From contig JACPLC010000005.1 in NCBI GenBank assembly GCA_016186695.1, positions 64,852 to 128,851 on the forward strand: DNA of 64,000 nt. Direction: 5' to 3'. The notes beneath the pieces are model-generated. The model worked only from the letters and a program-made list of their open reading frames with translations. It did no database searches and was not told the origin of the DNA. A program made the translations under genes and the position numbers. The DNA is from Candidatus Kaiserbacteria bacterium. GTDB lineage: Bacteria > Patescibacteriota > Minisyncoccia > Phycocordibacterales > UBA2100. This document shows positions 1 to 9,756 of this stretch, piece by piece. Within the stretch, counting starts at the first letter, position 1, and every line of letters begins with the position of its first letter.

Positions 1-598
1 AGAGTGCGTGTCGCACCTTCTCAATCTCCTCCGGAGACATTTCCTTTGGTGGTGTCTCGTCCTCTATGCGGACTTTCTCCGAGTAGCCCTCAAAGAGTTT
101 TGCAAAGAGTTCTGCCGCTCGCGGGTCGCCGGTCTCGATAGCACGCTTTGTAATGCCGTAATATACGTCGCTCGTATATCGCCGAAACTCCTGATTGCGA
201 TGAATTGCAACTTCGTCCCAAAAAAACGGGAGGCGCTTCCAGTCCGTGAGTGTGTCGGGGCTTATTGAGTACTTCTCTGCAAAATCTTTCTGCGATACAG
301 GAAAACCAACCGTCCCACGCACGCTCGAAGGTACTACGTTCCAGTGAATGAAATCCAAAAGCCCCAGTGGATTTCGGACGCGAGAAATATCAATGAAGCG
401 GAACAGCTTTGTTTTTGTCTCAAAATCGGAGTAATCCGGCTTCTTCGCCATACGCTCTTTCCCAATTTTGCACGCATTTTTGCGTGCTTTTCGTACACTG
501 CGACGCTTCGGCACATACTCCGATTGCTGTTTAGCCGTCGGTACTGTCGGCTGGAGCAAAATAGTGGGATTTTTGGGGCGTAATCTATCTTCTGTCAT
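1..598 (-). CDS. Partial HTH protein, phage terminase small subunit / phBC6A51-like (runs off window start)
   Basis: Manual translation from ATG at 598 is open to base 1: MTEDRLRPK...SQKDFAEKYSISPDTLTDWKRLPFF...DVYYGITKRAIETGDPRAAELFAKLFEG; TATAAT just upstream; absent from the ORF track. Confidence 0.6.
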   Translation of the reverse strand, partial: MTEDRLRPKNPTILLQPTVPTAKQQSEYVPKRRSVRKARKNACKIGKERMAKKPDYSDFETKTKLFRFIDISRVRNPLGLLDFIHWNVVPSSVRGTVGFPVSQKDFAEKYSISPDTLTDWKRLPFFWDEVAIHRNQEFRRYTSDVYYGITKRAIETGDPRAAELFAKLFEGYSEKVRIEDETPPKEMSPEEIEKVRHAL

Positions 599-892
599 AG
601 GGAGATTATACTGCCAAGGAAAGTAGCCGGTTCAGGTTTTCAATATGAAATTGCGGTTCTGGGTATATACTAGCCCAATCGTATGTTCGAAAGGCGTACC
701 TCCACTGGAGCCACAAGCCCCCGACCCCCGTCTGGGAAACCTCTCGGTTTCCCAACATTGCGCTTCGCGCAATCCTTCCTCCACGGGGGCTTGCGCTCGC
801 GCTTCGCGCGAATGCTGAAGGAGTTTTGCGACGACGGCAGCAAGTGCGAGCTCTTGGGAGCGGCCATACCCCCGGAGCCAAACAGGAAACCG

Positions 893-1144
893 CTATCTTC
901 TTTTTAGAAACTTTGCGACGATGCTAAAAACAAGCGCCCACGCAGCGACAGAAAGCGCGAGTCCCAAAAGCATGAGCATGGGGTTCCACATGCCGAATGG
1001 CTGCCCCACCACATACGCCAAACCTATGATCGGGAACATCAAGACGTTCGCGACCACGGGCGATACCTGCAAGCCGATAAAGAGGCCGACGAACGGCGCG
1101 ACCAAACCGAAGACCCCTCCCCACATAAGTGCTTTTCTGTTCAT
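893..1144 (-). CDS. Small membrane protein (about 3 TM)
   Basis: Hydrophobic ORF MNRKALMWGGVFGLVAPF... Confidence 0.7.
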   Translation of the reverse strand: MNRKALMWGGVFGLVAPFVGLFIGLQVSPVVANVLMFPIIGLAYVVGQPFGMWNPMLMLLGLALSVAAWALVFSIVAKFLKRR

Positions 1145-1204
1145 GCCCGCATGATAGCGCGACCGCGGCACAAAAAGATACGGTGGTGTTGATATACTTC
1201 AGAT

Positions 1205-2404
1205 ATGCGAATAGAGTCGGGGTTCGTCATCCCGCAGGCAATGCTTCTCGTGCTCGCGCTCCTCGTTGTCGGAGGGGGCATCGCGCTCGTCGCTTCGTCC
1301 GGTGCCACACAAAACGACTTCTCACAATCGGACGATGAAGCTTCGGCGCTCGCCGAGCTTGAGCGCGAAGTAAACTTCGCGGCAAAAAGCGGAGGCGTTA
1401 GTCCCGATACCTACGAGCGCATCACGGACGAACTCGACCGCCTAGAAAACGCAGGAGGTTCCACAGAGCGGATACGCGCGCTACGAGAGCTTCTGGGGAC
1501 GCTCGAAGTCGGCGGATCAAAAGCAGTAGCGAAGACAGGCATCCCATCGCCCAAACCTCCACCTCCTGCTCCTCCCCCGCCTCCTCCGCCGATCGCTCCG
1601 CTCTTTGCATCATTGCCACTGTACGACCGAACAACTTGTCCCGACAGCTCTGAAGGAAACGACATCTTCATCAGAAATGGCATACGCTACCGCGTGGATC
1701 AAGAGGTGCGACGATGGGCCGAGGAATTTTGTGGACCCGATGCGTCGACACCTCTCGTGCCGACTCCTCCTCCGGAACCTTCCCAGCCGCCACAACCCGC
1801 TTGCGAAAGTAATGCCTCTCCAAGCTTTACGAATCACATTACCGACATGAGCAAGGTCAACTACATAGGTCCTCCGCCTACGATGGGCGCAGGCCCGAGC
1901 TTGAAACCGCATAGCTACATCGGCACCGACCACGCTCGCGTGCCCGTCTACGCGCCGACCGATATGACACTTGAGACCGGCGCCTACTTTGAGGGCGGCC
2001 CCTATGGGCTCGACTTCCGCGTGAGCTGCGAGGTAACGCTGCGCTTCGGCCACATCACCGAGCCGATAGAAGAGATCCGCGCTGTCTTTCCCGCGACACC
2101 CGCGCCTGCGAACGATTCGCGCTCGCAGCAAATCACACGCAAAGTTTCTTTTAAGGCAGGCGAACTCGTCGGCTACACAACAGGCACGAGTGCTGCCGGA
2201 AACTGGGACTTCGGCGTCTACAATTCCACGGTGCGCAATCGCTACGCCGACGATCCCGCGTGGAACATCAGCGCCACCTACACGACCGCCGTGTGCCCGT
2301 TTGATTATTTCTCCGCCGCAATGAGAGCAGCCTATGTCGCGAAGTTCAATTCCGCGGCACTGGGTGGCAATCTCCCGCACGGCGATCCCTTTTGCAAGAT
2401 ATAG
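1205..2404 (+). CDS. Membrane-anchored Pro-rich protein with degenerate M23-like C-terminal domain
   Basis: N-terminal TM, poly-Pro linkers, VPVYAP / FGHI / VSFKAGELVG motifs. Confidence 0.55.
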   Translation: MRIESGFVIPQAMLLVLALLVVGGGIALVASSGATQNDFSQSDDEASALAELEREVNFAAKSGGVSPDTYERITDELDRLENAGGSTERIRALRELLGTLEVGGSKAVAKTGIPSPKPPPPAPPPPPPPIAPLFASLPLYDRTTCPDSSEGNDIFIRNGIRYRVDQEVRRWAEEFCGPDASTPLVPTPPPEPSQPPQPACESNASPSFTNHITDMSKVNYIGPPPTMGAGPSLKPHSYIGTDHARVPVYAPTDMTLETGAYFEGGPYGLDFRVSCEVTLRFGHITEPIEEIRAVFPATPAPANDSRSQQITRKVSFKAGELVGYTTGTSAAGNWDFGVYNSTVRNRYADDPAWNISATYTTAVCPFDYFSAAMRAAYVAKFNSAALGGNLPHGDPFCKI

Positions 2405-2413
2405 CGTGAGGAC

Positions 2414-2755
2414 CTACAGCGGTCTCGCGAGCGCCGATGAGACGAGCGTGAGGACTTGCACGATGAGCCAGCCGATGATAGCGTATCCTATCATCGCGAA
2501 AATGGTTGAAAGCTCGATCACGAATCCCCCAAGTGAAAGATTCGGAAACGCACCGAAAAAAGGTCCGACGAGCCTGCCGGTTAGCTGATAAAACCATGCG
2601 ACGAACTCGGATGCCGAGCTCGCTCCAAAAAGCACAAGAAGAAGACGCACCGCGAGCAGAAATTCTATAATGCTCACCACCCAATTCACAATGAGCGCAG
2701 GAGCTCCAGATGGGTAGTACCGGTAATAGCTCCGCTCGTAGACGGCATCACTCAT
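2414..2755 (-). CDS. YggT family membrane protein
   Basis: LLAVRLLL...FYQLTGRLVGPF pattern. Confidence 0.75.
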   Translation of the reverse strand: MSDAVYERSYYRYYPSGAPALIVNWVVSIIEFLLAVRLLLVLFGASSASEFVAWFYQLTGRLVGPFFGAFPNLSLGGFVIELSTIFAMIGYAIIGWLIVQVLTLVSSALARPL

Positions 2756-2804
2756 AGAACATAACTCTGCTCTCCCCTGATGGAGAGAGCATGAAGGTGA
2801 ACAA

Positions 2805-3023
2805 TTATCCTACAGAAAGGATCTTCGACGGGGAGCGGTGCCCGCGAACGATACGGACAGAAGCTTTCGGCACCTTAAAATGCAGGGCGACAAGCTCTGC
2901 TACGCGGCGATTCGCGGCATTTTCAATAGCTTTTTCCCTTACAGAAATCTTAAACGACACAGGAGAAATAGGTTCAACGCTTTCCCGCCGTGCATTCGCG
3001 CGCACCCGCACTTTTATCTGCAT
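2805..3023 (-). CDS. DUF167 (YggU-like) protein
   Basis: VRVRANA...NAAN...IVRGHRSPSK. Confidence 0.85.
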   Translation of the reverse strand: MQIKVRVRANARRESVEPISPVSFKISVREKAIENAANRRVAELVALHFKVPKASVRIVRGHRSPSKILSVG

Positions 3024-3065
3024 GCTTCAACAATAGCACCGCGAACAGGTTGCTATAATTGCACG

Positions 3066-5666
3066 ATGATGCTGAACCGCGAGTCGCTAGCCAGCCCGTT
3101 TTGGACAAATTCCGCAGAGACAGTTGCAGGTGCGCTTGAAACAGATATCCACCGCGGCATCTCCGAGAGAGAGGCCGAACTGCGACGCGAACTCTTCGGG
3201 AAAAATTCCATTGAGCAGGTGCGCGGCACTTCGGGCTTCGGAATCTTTTTCAGACAATTCGAGAGTCCCCTCATCCTTATCCTTCTTGCCGCCGCGGCAA
3301 CCACACTCTCAATCTCGCACACGCGCGACGCGCTCTTTATTCTGATTGCAGTTTTTGCCAACGTCATTTTAGGCTTCTACCAGGAACACAAGGCCGAGCG
3401 TGCACTTTCGGAGCTGAAAAGCTACCTGCGCGAGCGTGCGCGGGTGATACGCGCCGGCGCGGAGCGCGAGATCGATGCGGAACATCTCGTCCCCGGTGAC
3501 ATCATCCGTCTCTCGCAGGGCGACCGTGTGCCCGCAGACGCGCGGATTGTATTTGTAAACGACCTGCAAATCGACGAAACAGTGCTCACCGGAGAATCAC
3601 TTCCCGTGGAAAAAAATATCGAGGCAGTGCCGGAGAGCGCGGAACTTGCCGATCAGCGCTGCATGGGCTTCGCGGGAACACTGGTCACACAGGGCGTCGG
3701 CACGGCAGTGGTCTGCCGTACCGGAAGCTCGACGGAGTTTGGAAAAATCGCGACGCTTGTCGCGAGAGCAGAGCATGAGGCGACACCTTTGCAGGCCGCA
3801 ATCCAAAAATTCAGCGTCCGTGCAAGCCTCATCTTGGGAGCGCTTACGCTCGTCGTCTTCGCCCTTGGTGTTGCCGCAGGACATTCGTACATCGATATGT
3901 TCCTCACCTCGGTTGCAATCGCAGTTGCGGCAATCCCCGAAGGCTTACCCGTCGCGCTCACGGTAATCCTCGCGGTCGGCGTTGAGCGGATGGCGAAGAG
4001 AAACGGCGTTGTCCGCAAGCTCGTCGCCGCCGAGGCGCTTGGCGACGTAACCGTCATCCTCACGGACAAAACCGGCACGCTGACGATGGCAAAGATGGAG
4101 CTCTCCGACATCATCCCCACGGATGGCGCGGATGAGAGTGCGCTCATACAGCGCGCGGTTTTGAATGCAAACGTTCTTATCGAGAACAGAAACGATCCCC
4201 CAAGCGAGTGGCGCATGAGCGGGCCCATTATGGAAGTCGCGCTCGTTCGCGCCGCCGCGCTGCGCGGATTGGATGTGGCGCACGTGAAAGGAAGCGCACA
4301 GATCGACCAAACGCTTCCTTTCAACGCGGTCAGCAAATTTTCAGTCTCACTTCTTGGCGAGGGCGAGCGGCACCGGCTCATCTTTTTCGGCGCGCCCGAC
4401 ATTCTCGTTTCGCGCTCAACATTCGATGAGGCAAAGCGGCGTGAAATGCTTGCAACGATCGATACACTTGCGCGGGCGGGTAAACGCGTACTCGGTGTCG
4501 CGACGAAGGTGACACACCGAAAGAAAGATCTTTCTCTTGCACACGAGCTTGATGCGGAGAACCTTGAGTTCGAAGGTCTCATTGCATTTCGCGATCCGGT
4601 CCGCGAAAGCGTTCGCGACGCAATACAGCGCGTCGAACGCGCGGGTATCAAGACCATTATCGTCACGGGAGATCACCTCGGCACCGCCGAAACGATCGCG
4701 CGGGAAGTTGGCTTGCCTGTTGACAAAGACTCATCCATCGAAGGAGCGGAGCTCACCTCACTTTCGGAGGCCGAGTTCGCGCAGAGGCTTCCGAAACTCC
4801 GTGTCATCGCGCGGGTCTCCCCGCTCGACAAGGTACGCATCGTGCGAGCGTTGCGAAAAGCGGGTGAGATCGTCGCGATGACGGGCGATGGCGTGAACGA
4901 TGCACCAAGTATCAAAGAGGCCGACGTCGGAGTCGCCATGGGCTCGGGAACCGAGGTGGCACGCTCTGTCGCCGACCTCGTACTTTTGGACGACAACTTT
5001 GAGACGATTGCCGCCGCAGTAGATGAAGGGCGGCAGATTATGAGCAATATCCGCAAAGTTGTCGTGTACCTTCTCTCGACCGTGATGGACGAGCTCACGC
5101 TTATCGGCGGCGCCCTGATTGCAGGCGTTGCACTCCCCTTAAACGCACTCCAGATTCTGTGGGTCAATTTTTTCTCGGACAGTTTCCCCGCTGTTGCGTT
5201 CGCATTTGAAAAAGGGATCGATGGTCTCTCCGTCCGTGCACGCCCCTCTAAGCGGCAGCTTTTTGATCCTCTGATGCGGTTCCTCGTCCTCGTAGTCGGC
5301 CTCTCCTCAAGCGCGCTTCTTCTCGCACTCTACCTCTCACTCCTCTATGCAGGCTATGAAGAGGAGCTCGTGCGGACATTTATCTTCGCCTGCTTCGGCA
5401 GCTACACGCTCTTCGTCGCGTTCTCGGTGAAAAGTCTCGAGAAAAGCATCTTTTCCTACTCACCCTTTTCAAACCTCTATCTCGTGGGGGGAATCGGCAT
5501 CGGCATCGTGCTCATGCTCGCGGCACTATACGTACCCTTCCTGCAGTCTCTTTTTGGCACCGTCGCTCTGCCGCCGCTGTGGCTCTTGGCGGTTCTTGCC
5601 GTCGGCGCTCTGAACATACTCGCCATCGAGGCCGGAAAATGGCTCTTCCGCAGCCGATTGCTATGA
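3066..5666 (+). CDS. Cation-transporting P-type ATPase (type IIA-like)
   Basis: TGES, IPEGLP, DKTGTLT, TGD and GDGVND motifs; TATAAT just upstream of ATG 3066. Confidence 0.95.
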   Translation: MMLNRESLASPFWTNSAETVAGALETDIHRGISEREAELRRELFGKNSIEQVRGTSGFGIFFRQFESPLILILLAAAATTLSISHTRDALFILIAVFANVILGFYQEHKAERALSELKSYLRERARVIRAGAEREIDAEHLVPGDIIRLSQGDRVPADARIVFVNDLQIDETVLTGESLPVEKNIEAVPESAELADQRCMGFAGTLVTQGVGTAVVCRTGSSTEFGKIATLVARAEHEATPLQAAIQKFSVRASLILGALTLVVFALGVAAGHSYIDMFLTSVAIAVAAIPEGLPVALTVILAVGVERMAKRNGVVRKLVAAEALGDVTVILTDKTGTLTMAKMELSDIIPTDGADESALIQRAVLNANVLIENRNDPPSEWRMSGPIMEVALVRAAALRGLDVAHVKGSAQIDQTLPFNAVSKFSVSLLGEGERHRLIFFGAPDILVSRSTFDEAKRREMLATIDTLARAGKRVLGVATKVTHRKKDLSLAHELDAENLEFEGLIAFRDPVRESVRDAIQRVERAGIKTIIVTGDHLGTAETIAREVGLPVDKDSSIEGAELTSLSEAEFAQRLPKLRVIARVSPLDKVRIVRALRKAGEIVAMTGDGVNDAPSIKEADVGVAMGSGTEVARSVADLVLLDDNFETIAAAVDEGRQIMSNIRKVVVYLLSTVMDELTLIGGALIAGVALPLNALQILWVNFFSDSFPAVAFAFEKGIDGLSVRARPSKRQLFDPLMRFLVLVVGLSSSALLLALYLSLLYAGYEEELVRTFIFACFGSYTLFVAFSVKSLEKSIFSYSPFSNLYLVGGIGIGIVLMLAALYVPFLQSLFGTVALPPLWLLAVLAVGALNILAIEAGKWLFRSRLL

Positions 5667-6391
5667 CCGGAAAGGGGCGCGTTCTCGTCGTCGGCGGCTC
5701 GGAGGAATTCGTAGGCGCAGTGTATTTGGCGGCCATTGCCGCGCTTCGCGGAGGCGCCGAATCAGTCATCGTCATGACACCTGAGAAAGTTGCATGGGCC
5801 TTGAACACGCTCTCGCCGGACTTGATGACGCGAAAGTTAAAAGGGAAATACCTTTCAACAAAACATGGGCAGACGATCAGAGCGCAAATGAAAACCGCCG
5901 ACATACTCGTCGTTGGAAATGGCGCCGGAGTGCGGAAAGACACCGCCGCGCTCATGCGCTCTCTGATACGCTCCCCTATCCAGAAGGTCATTGACGCTGA
6001 CGCACTGAAGGCGCTCCGCGGTTCGGCGATGCAAAACGCGATACTCACACCCAACGAGGGAGAATGGAAACACTTGGAAACATACAGCGATATTCAGGCA
6101 CTTCTGAAAAGGGGAAACATCATCGTCAAGAAAGGATTCCCCACCAAAATCCTTTCGGCACGAAAGGCTGTTGCCATAAAACGAACAAACAAGGGACTGA
6201 AAAAAGCCGGCACGGGAGACGTGCTCGCAGGCCTCATCGCGGGCTTCCTATCACAGGGCTATGCGCCGTTCACAGCCACGCAAAAGGCGTGCGAAACAGG
6301 AAACAGGATCGCAGATATCCTCACCAAAAAGAAGACGGGGTATTACTTTCTTGCAAGTGATCTGGCCCGGGAGCTTATTATTTCTTTTTGA
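5663..6391 (+). CDS. nnrD: ADP-dependent NAD(P)H-hydrate dehydratase
   Basis: GRVLVVGGS..GA, IDADAL, LTPNEGE, GTGDVLAG. Confidence 0.9.
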   Translation: MTGKGRVLVVGGSEEFVGAVYLAAIAALRGGAESVIVMTPEKVAWALNTLSPDLMTRKLKGKYLSTKHGQTIRAQMKTADILVVGNGAGVRKDTAALMRSLIRSPIQKVIDADALKALRGSAMQNAILTPNEGEWKHLETYSDIQALLKRGNIIVKKGFPTKILSARKAVAIKRTNKGLKKAGTGDVLAGLIAGFLSQGYAPFTATQKACETGNRIADILTKKKTGYYFLASDLARELIISF

Positions 6392-7019
6392 AAAATCTGA
6401 AGATCCGTGGCGTAAACGGCAGCCGAGCGGCCCTGTGCATCCAGAAGTAGCCGACGATGCTCACGATGAGCGCTCCCGCTCCCGCTGCGATCAAATCCCA
6501 CATCGTGTCTGTGTTGCCGTTTTGCCATTCGACTCGAAAGAGAAAATCGCCCGCGAATTCCACGACTTCCCATACGACGCCCATCGCGAGCGAAAATGTG
6601 ATAGCGAAAAATGCGATGAAGCCGGGGCTGAGATCAAGTGGAATTGCTTCCTGCTCATTCAGGCTGTATACGAGCACGAAACCCGCGACACCGAGGATGA
6701 GGCCGGATTGAAAATGCACAAACTTGTCCCATAGCGGGATGTAGTCGTAGAAGTTGGCCAAGTGGCCTAAGAAAAGCGTCGCAAACACAAAACCGACGAT
6801 CGAGAGGTCGAGTGCGAACGGTAGGTAGAACCGATACCGGTACTTGAGAATGGACGGCGCGGACATTAATACGAAAACGAGAACCGTACTGAATACGGAG
6901 GCCCAGTCGCTCTCATAGGCAAAGTAACCGGCCGCAACGAGGATGGCAGCACGCAGGCCATAGTAGACGACGAGCGTGTAGCGGTTGCGATATGCATCCG
7001 ATATGGAAGTACGATCCAT
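6378..7019 (-). CDS. Integral membrane protein (DUF2238-like)
   Basis: WDKFVHF, GVVWEVVEF, DTMWDL motifs; multiple TMs. Confidence 0.75.
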   Translation of the reverse strand: MDRTSISDAYRNRYTLVVYYGLRAAILVAAGYFAYESDWASVFSTVLVFVLMSAPSILKYRYRFYLPFALDLSIVGFVFATLFLGHLANFYDYIPLWDKFVHFQSGLILGVAGFVLVYSLNEQEAIPLDLSPGFIAFFAITFSLAMGVVWEVVEFAGDFLFRVEWQNGNTDTMWDLIAAGAGALIVSIVGYFWMHRAARLPFTPRIFRFFKKK

Positions 7020-7091
7020 TGCGCGATCGTAGCACAGAGGGGTATACCCCGTGAGATGGCGGTTCCCTATCTCACGGGGTATAGTACGGCC

Positions 7092-7847
7092 ATGAGTTGG
7101 ATATACATTCTCCTCGGAGCCGTACTTATCGTCATCATCGCGAGCATTCGGCAGATCAACCAGTACGAGCGCGGCGTCAGATTCACCTTCGGCAAATTCA
7201 CCGGCATCATGGAGCCCGGCTGGCGTCTCGTGTGGCCGATCATCCAAACCTACCGGCGCGTTGATATCCGTGTAAAGGCGGTAGATGTGCCGGATCAGGA
7301 CGCGATCACACGCGACAACGTGTCGGTGACCGTGAATGCCGTCATTTATTACAAAGTCTCATCCGCCGAAAAGGCAGTTATCGAGGTGGAAAATTTCTAT
7401 TTCGCGATCTCGCAGTACGCGCAGACAACAATGCGCAACATCGTGGGCGAAGTCTCTCTTGATGAACTCTTGGCTAGCCGCGAAAAGATCGCAGATCGCA
7501 TCCGTGAGATCGTGGACAAAGAAACAGACGCGTGGGGCCTCAAGGTCAGCAACGTTGAATTGAAGGACATTCTCCTCCCTGAAACCATGAAGCGAACGAT
7601 CGCGAAGCAGGCAGAGGCCGAACGCGAAAAGCGCGCCGTCATCATCAATGCCGAGGGAGAGCTGGCCGCATCGAAGAACATGGCCGAAGCCGCAAGAAAC
7701 CTGAACGCAGTTCCCGGCGCGCTTCACCTGCGTACCCTCCAATCCATTAACGATGTCTCCTCGGATCAATCGAACACCATCATATTCACCGTACCGCTCG
7801 AAATATTGAAAGCTTTCGTCGGCTTCGGCAAGAATTCAAAATCCTAG
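7092..7847 (+). CDS. SPFH/band 7 (stomatin-like) protein
   Basis: YERGVRF..GK, ITRDNVSV, QAEAEREKRA, ALHLRTLQ. Confidence 0.95.
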   Translation: MSWIYILLGAVLIVIIASIRQINQYERGVRFTFGKFTGIMEPGWRLVWPIIQTYRRVDIRVKAVDVPDQDAITRDNVSVTVNAVIYYKVSSAEKAVIEVENFYFAISQYAQTTMRNIVGEVSLDELLASREKIADRIREIVDKETDAWGLKVSNVELKDILLPETMKRTIAKQAEAEREKRAVIINAEGELAASKNMAEAARNLNAVPGALHLRTLQSINDVSSDQSNTIIFTVPLEILKAFVGFGKNSKS

Positions 7848-7853
7848 CGTTTT

Positions 7854-8432
7854 TTAGTACCACGATCCTGTCCATGGGTCGTACAACCACTGGTGCGGGT
7901 CCGAGACGTAGGTCGGATAACATCCGTATCCCGAATAGCAATAGTCGTATCCGTAAGAGTAGTAGGGATCATACGAGTATGTCGGGTACGACCAATAGTC
8001 GTAATAGTACGTTGGCTGGTACGAGTAGGTTTGATACGAGCACGGCGTATACGACCAGTAGTATCCGCACCAGTACTGTTGATTTGAGTATGATGGATAT
8101 GAATACGAATATGTTGGAGAGGAATACGACGGGTAGCTAGATGAATACGAGGGCGCATTCACGTTCACGTAGGGAGATGTGTTGATATAGGTGTACGGTG
8201 AAAAGTTGTGGTATGTGTAGTTCGAGCTCGTGCACGGACTATAGGAGTAGTACGTTCCACACCAGTACATCTGCGGCATCTGGTAGCTGGAATACGAATA
8301 GTTGTTGGGATACGTGTTGGAATACGAATAGTTGTTGGGATAGGAGGAATAATAGTACTGCGCGTATGCCGGAAACGGAGAGACAAGTGCGAGTGCCCCG
8401 AGCACAATAGTGGAAGCAAGGAACCTCTTCAT
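7854..8432 (-). CDS. Secreted Tyr/Ser/Pro-rich low-complexity protein
   Basis: Signal peptide ending AYA; repeated YWCGxY and YPNNYSYS motifs. Confidence 0.75.
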   Translation of the reverse strand: MKRFLASTIVLGALALVSPFPAYAQYYYSSYPNNYSYSNTYPNNYSYSSYQMPQMYWCGTYYSYSPCTSSNYTYHNFSPYTYINTSPYVNVNAPSYSSSYPSYSSPTYSYSYPSYSNQQYWCGYYWSYTPCSYQTYSYQPTYYYDYWSYPTYSYDPYYSYGYDYCYSGYGCYPTYVSDPHQWLYDPWTGSWY

Positions 8433-8513
8433 ACCTGTAACAGTATCACTTCGGCACGATAGTCAATGACAAAATTAAAAAAACGCGCCGTTTGCTATAC
8501 TGCTGTCAACTGT

Positions 8514-9746
8514 ATGAGAAAAACAACGGCTCTAACTCTTGGTGTTCTTCTCCTCTTGAGTTTTTTGTTTTTTATGTCGCCGGTGGGACAGTACGTCTCC
8601 GGTGTCGCTTCCCTCCTCCGGCCCTCACCCGCCCCGCCCGACGAATCGGACGAGGCTCTTCCCTTCACACTTCCGCAAGAATTTGCCGCGTACATGTTCG
8701 CGGAGAATGTCCCGGATGCACGCGTCATGGTGCGTGACCCGAAAGGGGTACTCCTCGTCTCAGAAACGAATCAAGGGAAAGTAGTTGCACTGCCAAACCT
8801 CGACGCCGATGGAAAGGCTGACCGCGTGGTAACCATCCTCGAAGGCTTGAGAAAACCGCACGGCCTGCTTGTGCTCTGCGGCGAAACCGGCTTTGAGAGC
8901 ATCGACCAGGACAACTGTTCGCTTATCGTTGCAGAAAGCCATCGTGTCGCGGCGTATCGCTACGACGCTGACACCTATTCGGCAGTGTTTGAAAAAGTGC
9001 TTGTGCAGCTGCCCGACGACGGAGGCCACTTCACGCGCACGCTGATACTTCACCCGGACAACAAACGCATCCTCGTTTCTGTCGGCTCATCCTGCAACGT
9101 TTGCACAGAAAAAGACGAGCGGCGTGCCGCGATTCTCGCCGTCGACCCTGATAAAAGCGGCTTTGAGATCTTTGCTACTGGACTTCGCAACACAGTCTTT
9201 ATGACCACTCACTACGTAACGGGAGATATTTGGGGCACTGATATGGGTCGCGATAATCTGGGCGACGATCTGCCACCCGACGAAGTGAACATTATCCGCG
9301 AAGGCAGCAACTACGGCTGGCCCACGTGTTACGGCAAGAATATTCACGACACAAACTTCGATAAAAACACCTACATAAGAAATCCCTGTATAGAACCCCT
9401 CGAGACGCCTTCGTACATCGACATCCCCGCGCACTCGGCGCCGCTCGGTATCGCGTTTATTCCGGAGGAAGGATGGCCGGAGGAATGGTGGTACGACGCT
9501 CTGGTCGCCTATCACGGCTCATGGAACAGGAGCACTCCCACGGGCTACAAGATTGTCCGTTTCCCGCTCGACACAGAAGGAAATCCCGAAGGCGAGCCGA
9601 TTGATTTTATGACCGGATTTAGAGACGAAAATGGGCAGGTGCTCGGTCGCCCCGTCGACATCCTCATCGAGCCCGGCGGCATTATGTACGTCTCCGACGA
9701 CAAAGCTGGCAGGATCTACCGCGTCTCGAGAACTTCAGTGGACTGA
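8514..9746 (+). CDS. Glucose/sorbosone dehydrogenase family beta-propeller protein
   Basis: SVGSSCNVC, GLRN, GRDNLGDDLPPDE, HSAPLG, HGSWNR, GRPVD. Confidence 0.9.
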   Translation: MRKTTALTLGVLLLLSFLFFMSPVGQYVSGVASLLRPSPAPPDESDEALPFTLPQEFAAYMFAENVPDARVMVRDPKGVLLVSETNQGKVVALPNLDADGKADRVVTILEGLRKPHGLLVLCGETGFESIDQDNCSLIVAESHRVAAYRYDADTYSAVFEKVLVQLPDDGGHFTRTLILHPDNKRILVSVGSSCNVCTEKDERRAAILAVDPDKSGFEIFATGLRNTVFMTTHYVTGDIWGTDMGRDNLGDDLPPDEVNIIREGSNYGWPTCYGKNIHDTNFDKNTYIRNPCIEPLETPSYIDIPAHSAPLGIAFIPEEGWPEEWWYDALVAYHGSWNRSTPTGYKIVRFPLDTEGNPEGEPIDFMTGFRDENGQVLGRPVDILIEPGGIMYVSDDKAGRIYRVSRTSVD

Positions 9747-9756
9747 TAACCGAAGA

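Noticed and set aside
660-890. Hairpin-rich intergenic region as a tRNA or known ncRNA
   Set aside because: Several small stems (GGGAAACC/GGTTTCCC) but no cloverleaf or recognisable consensus
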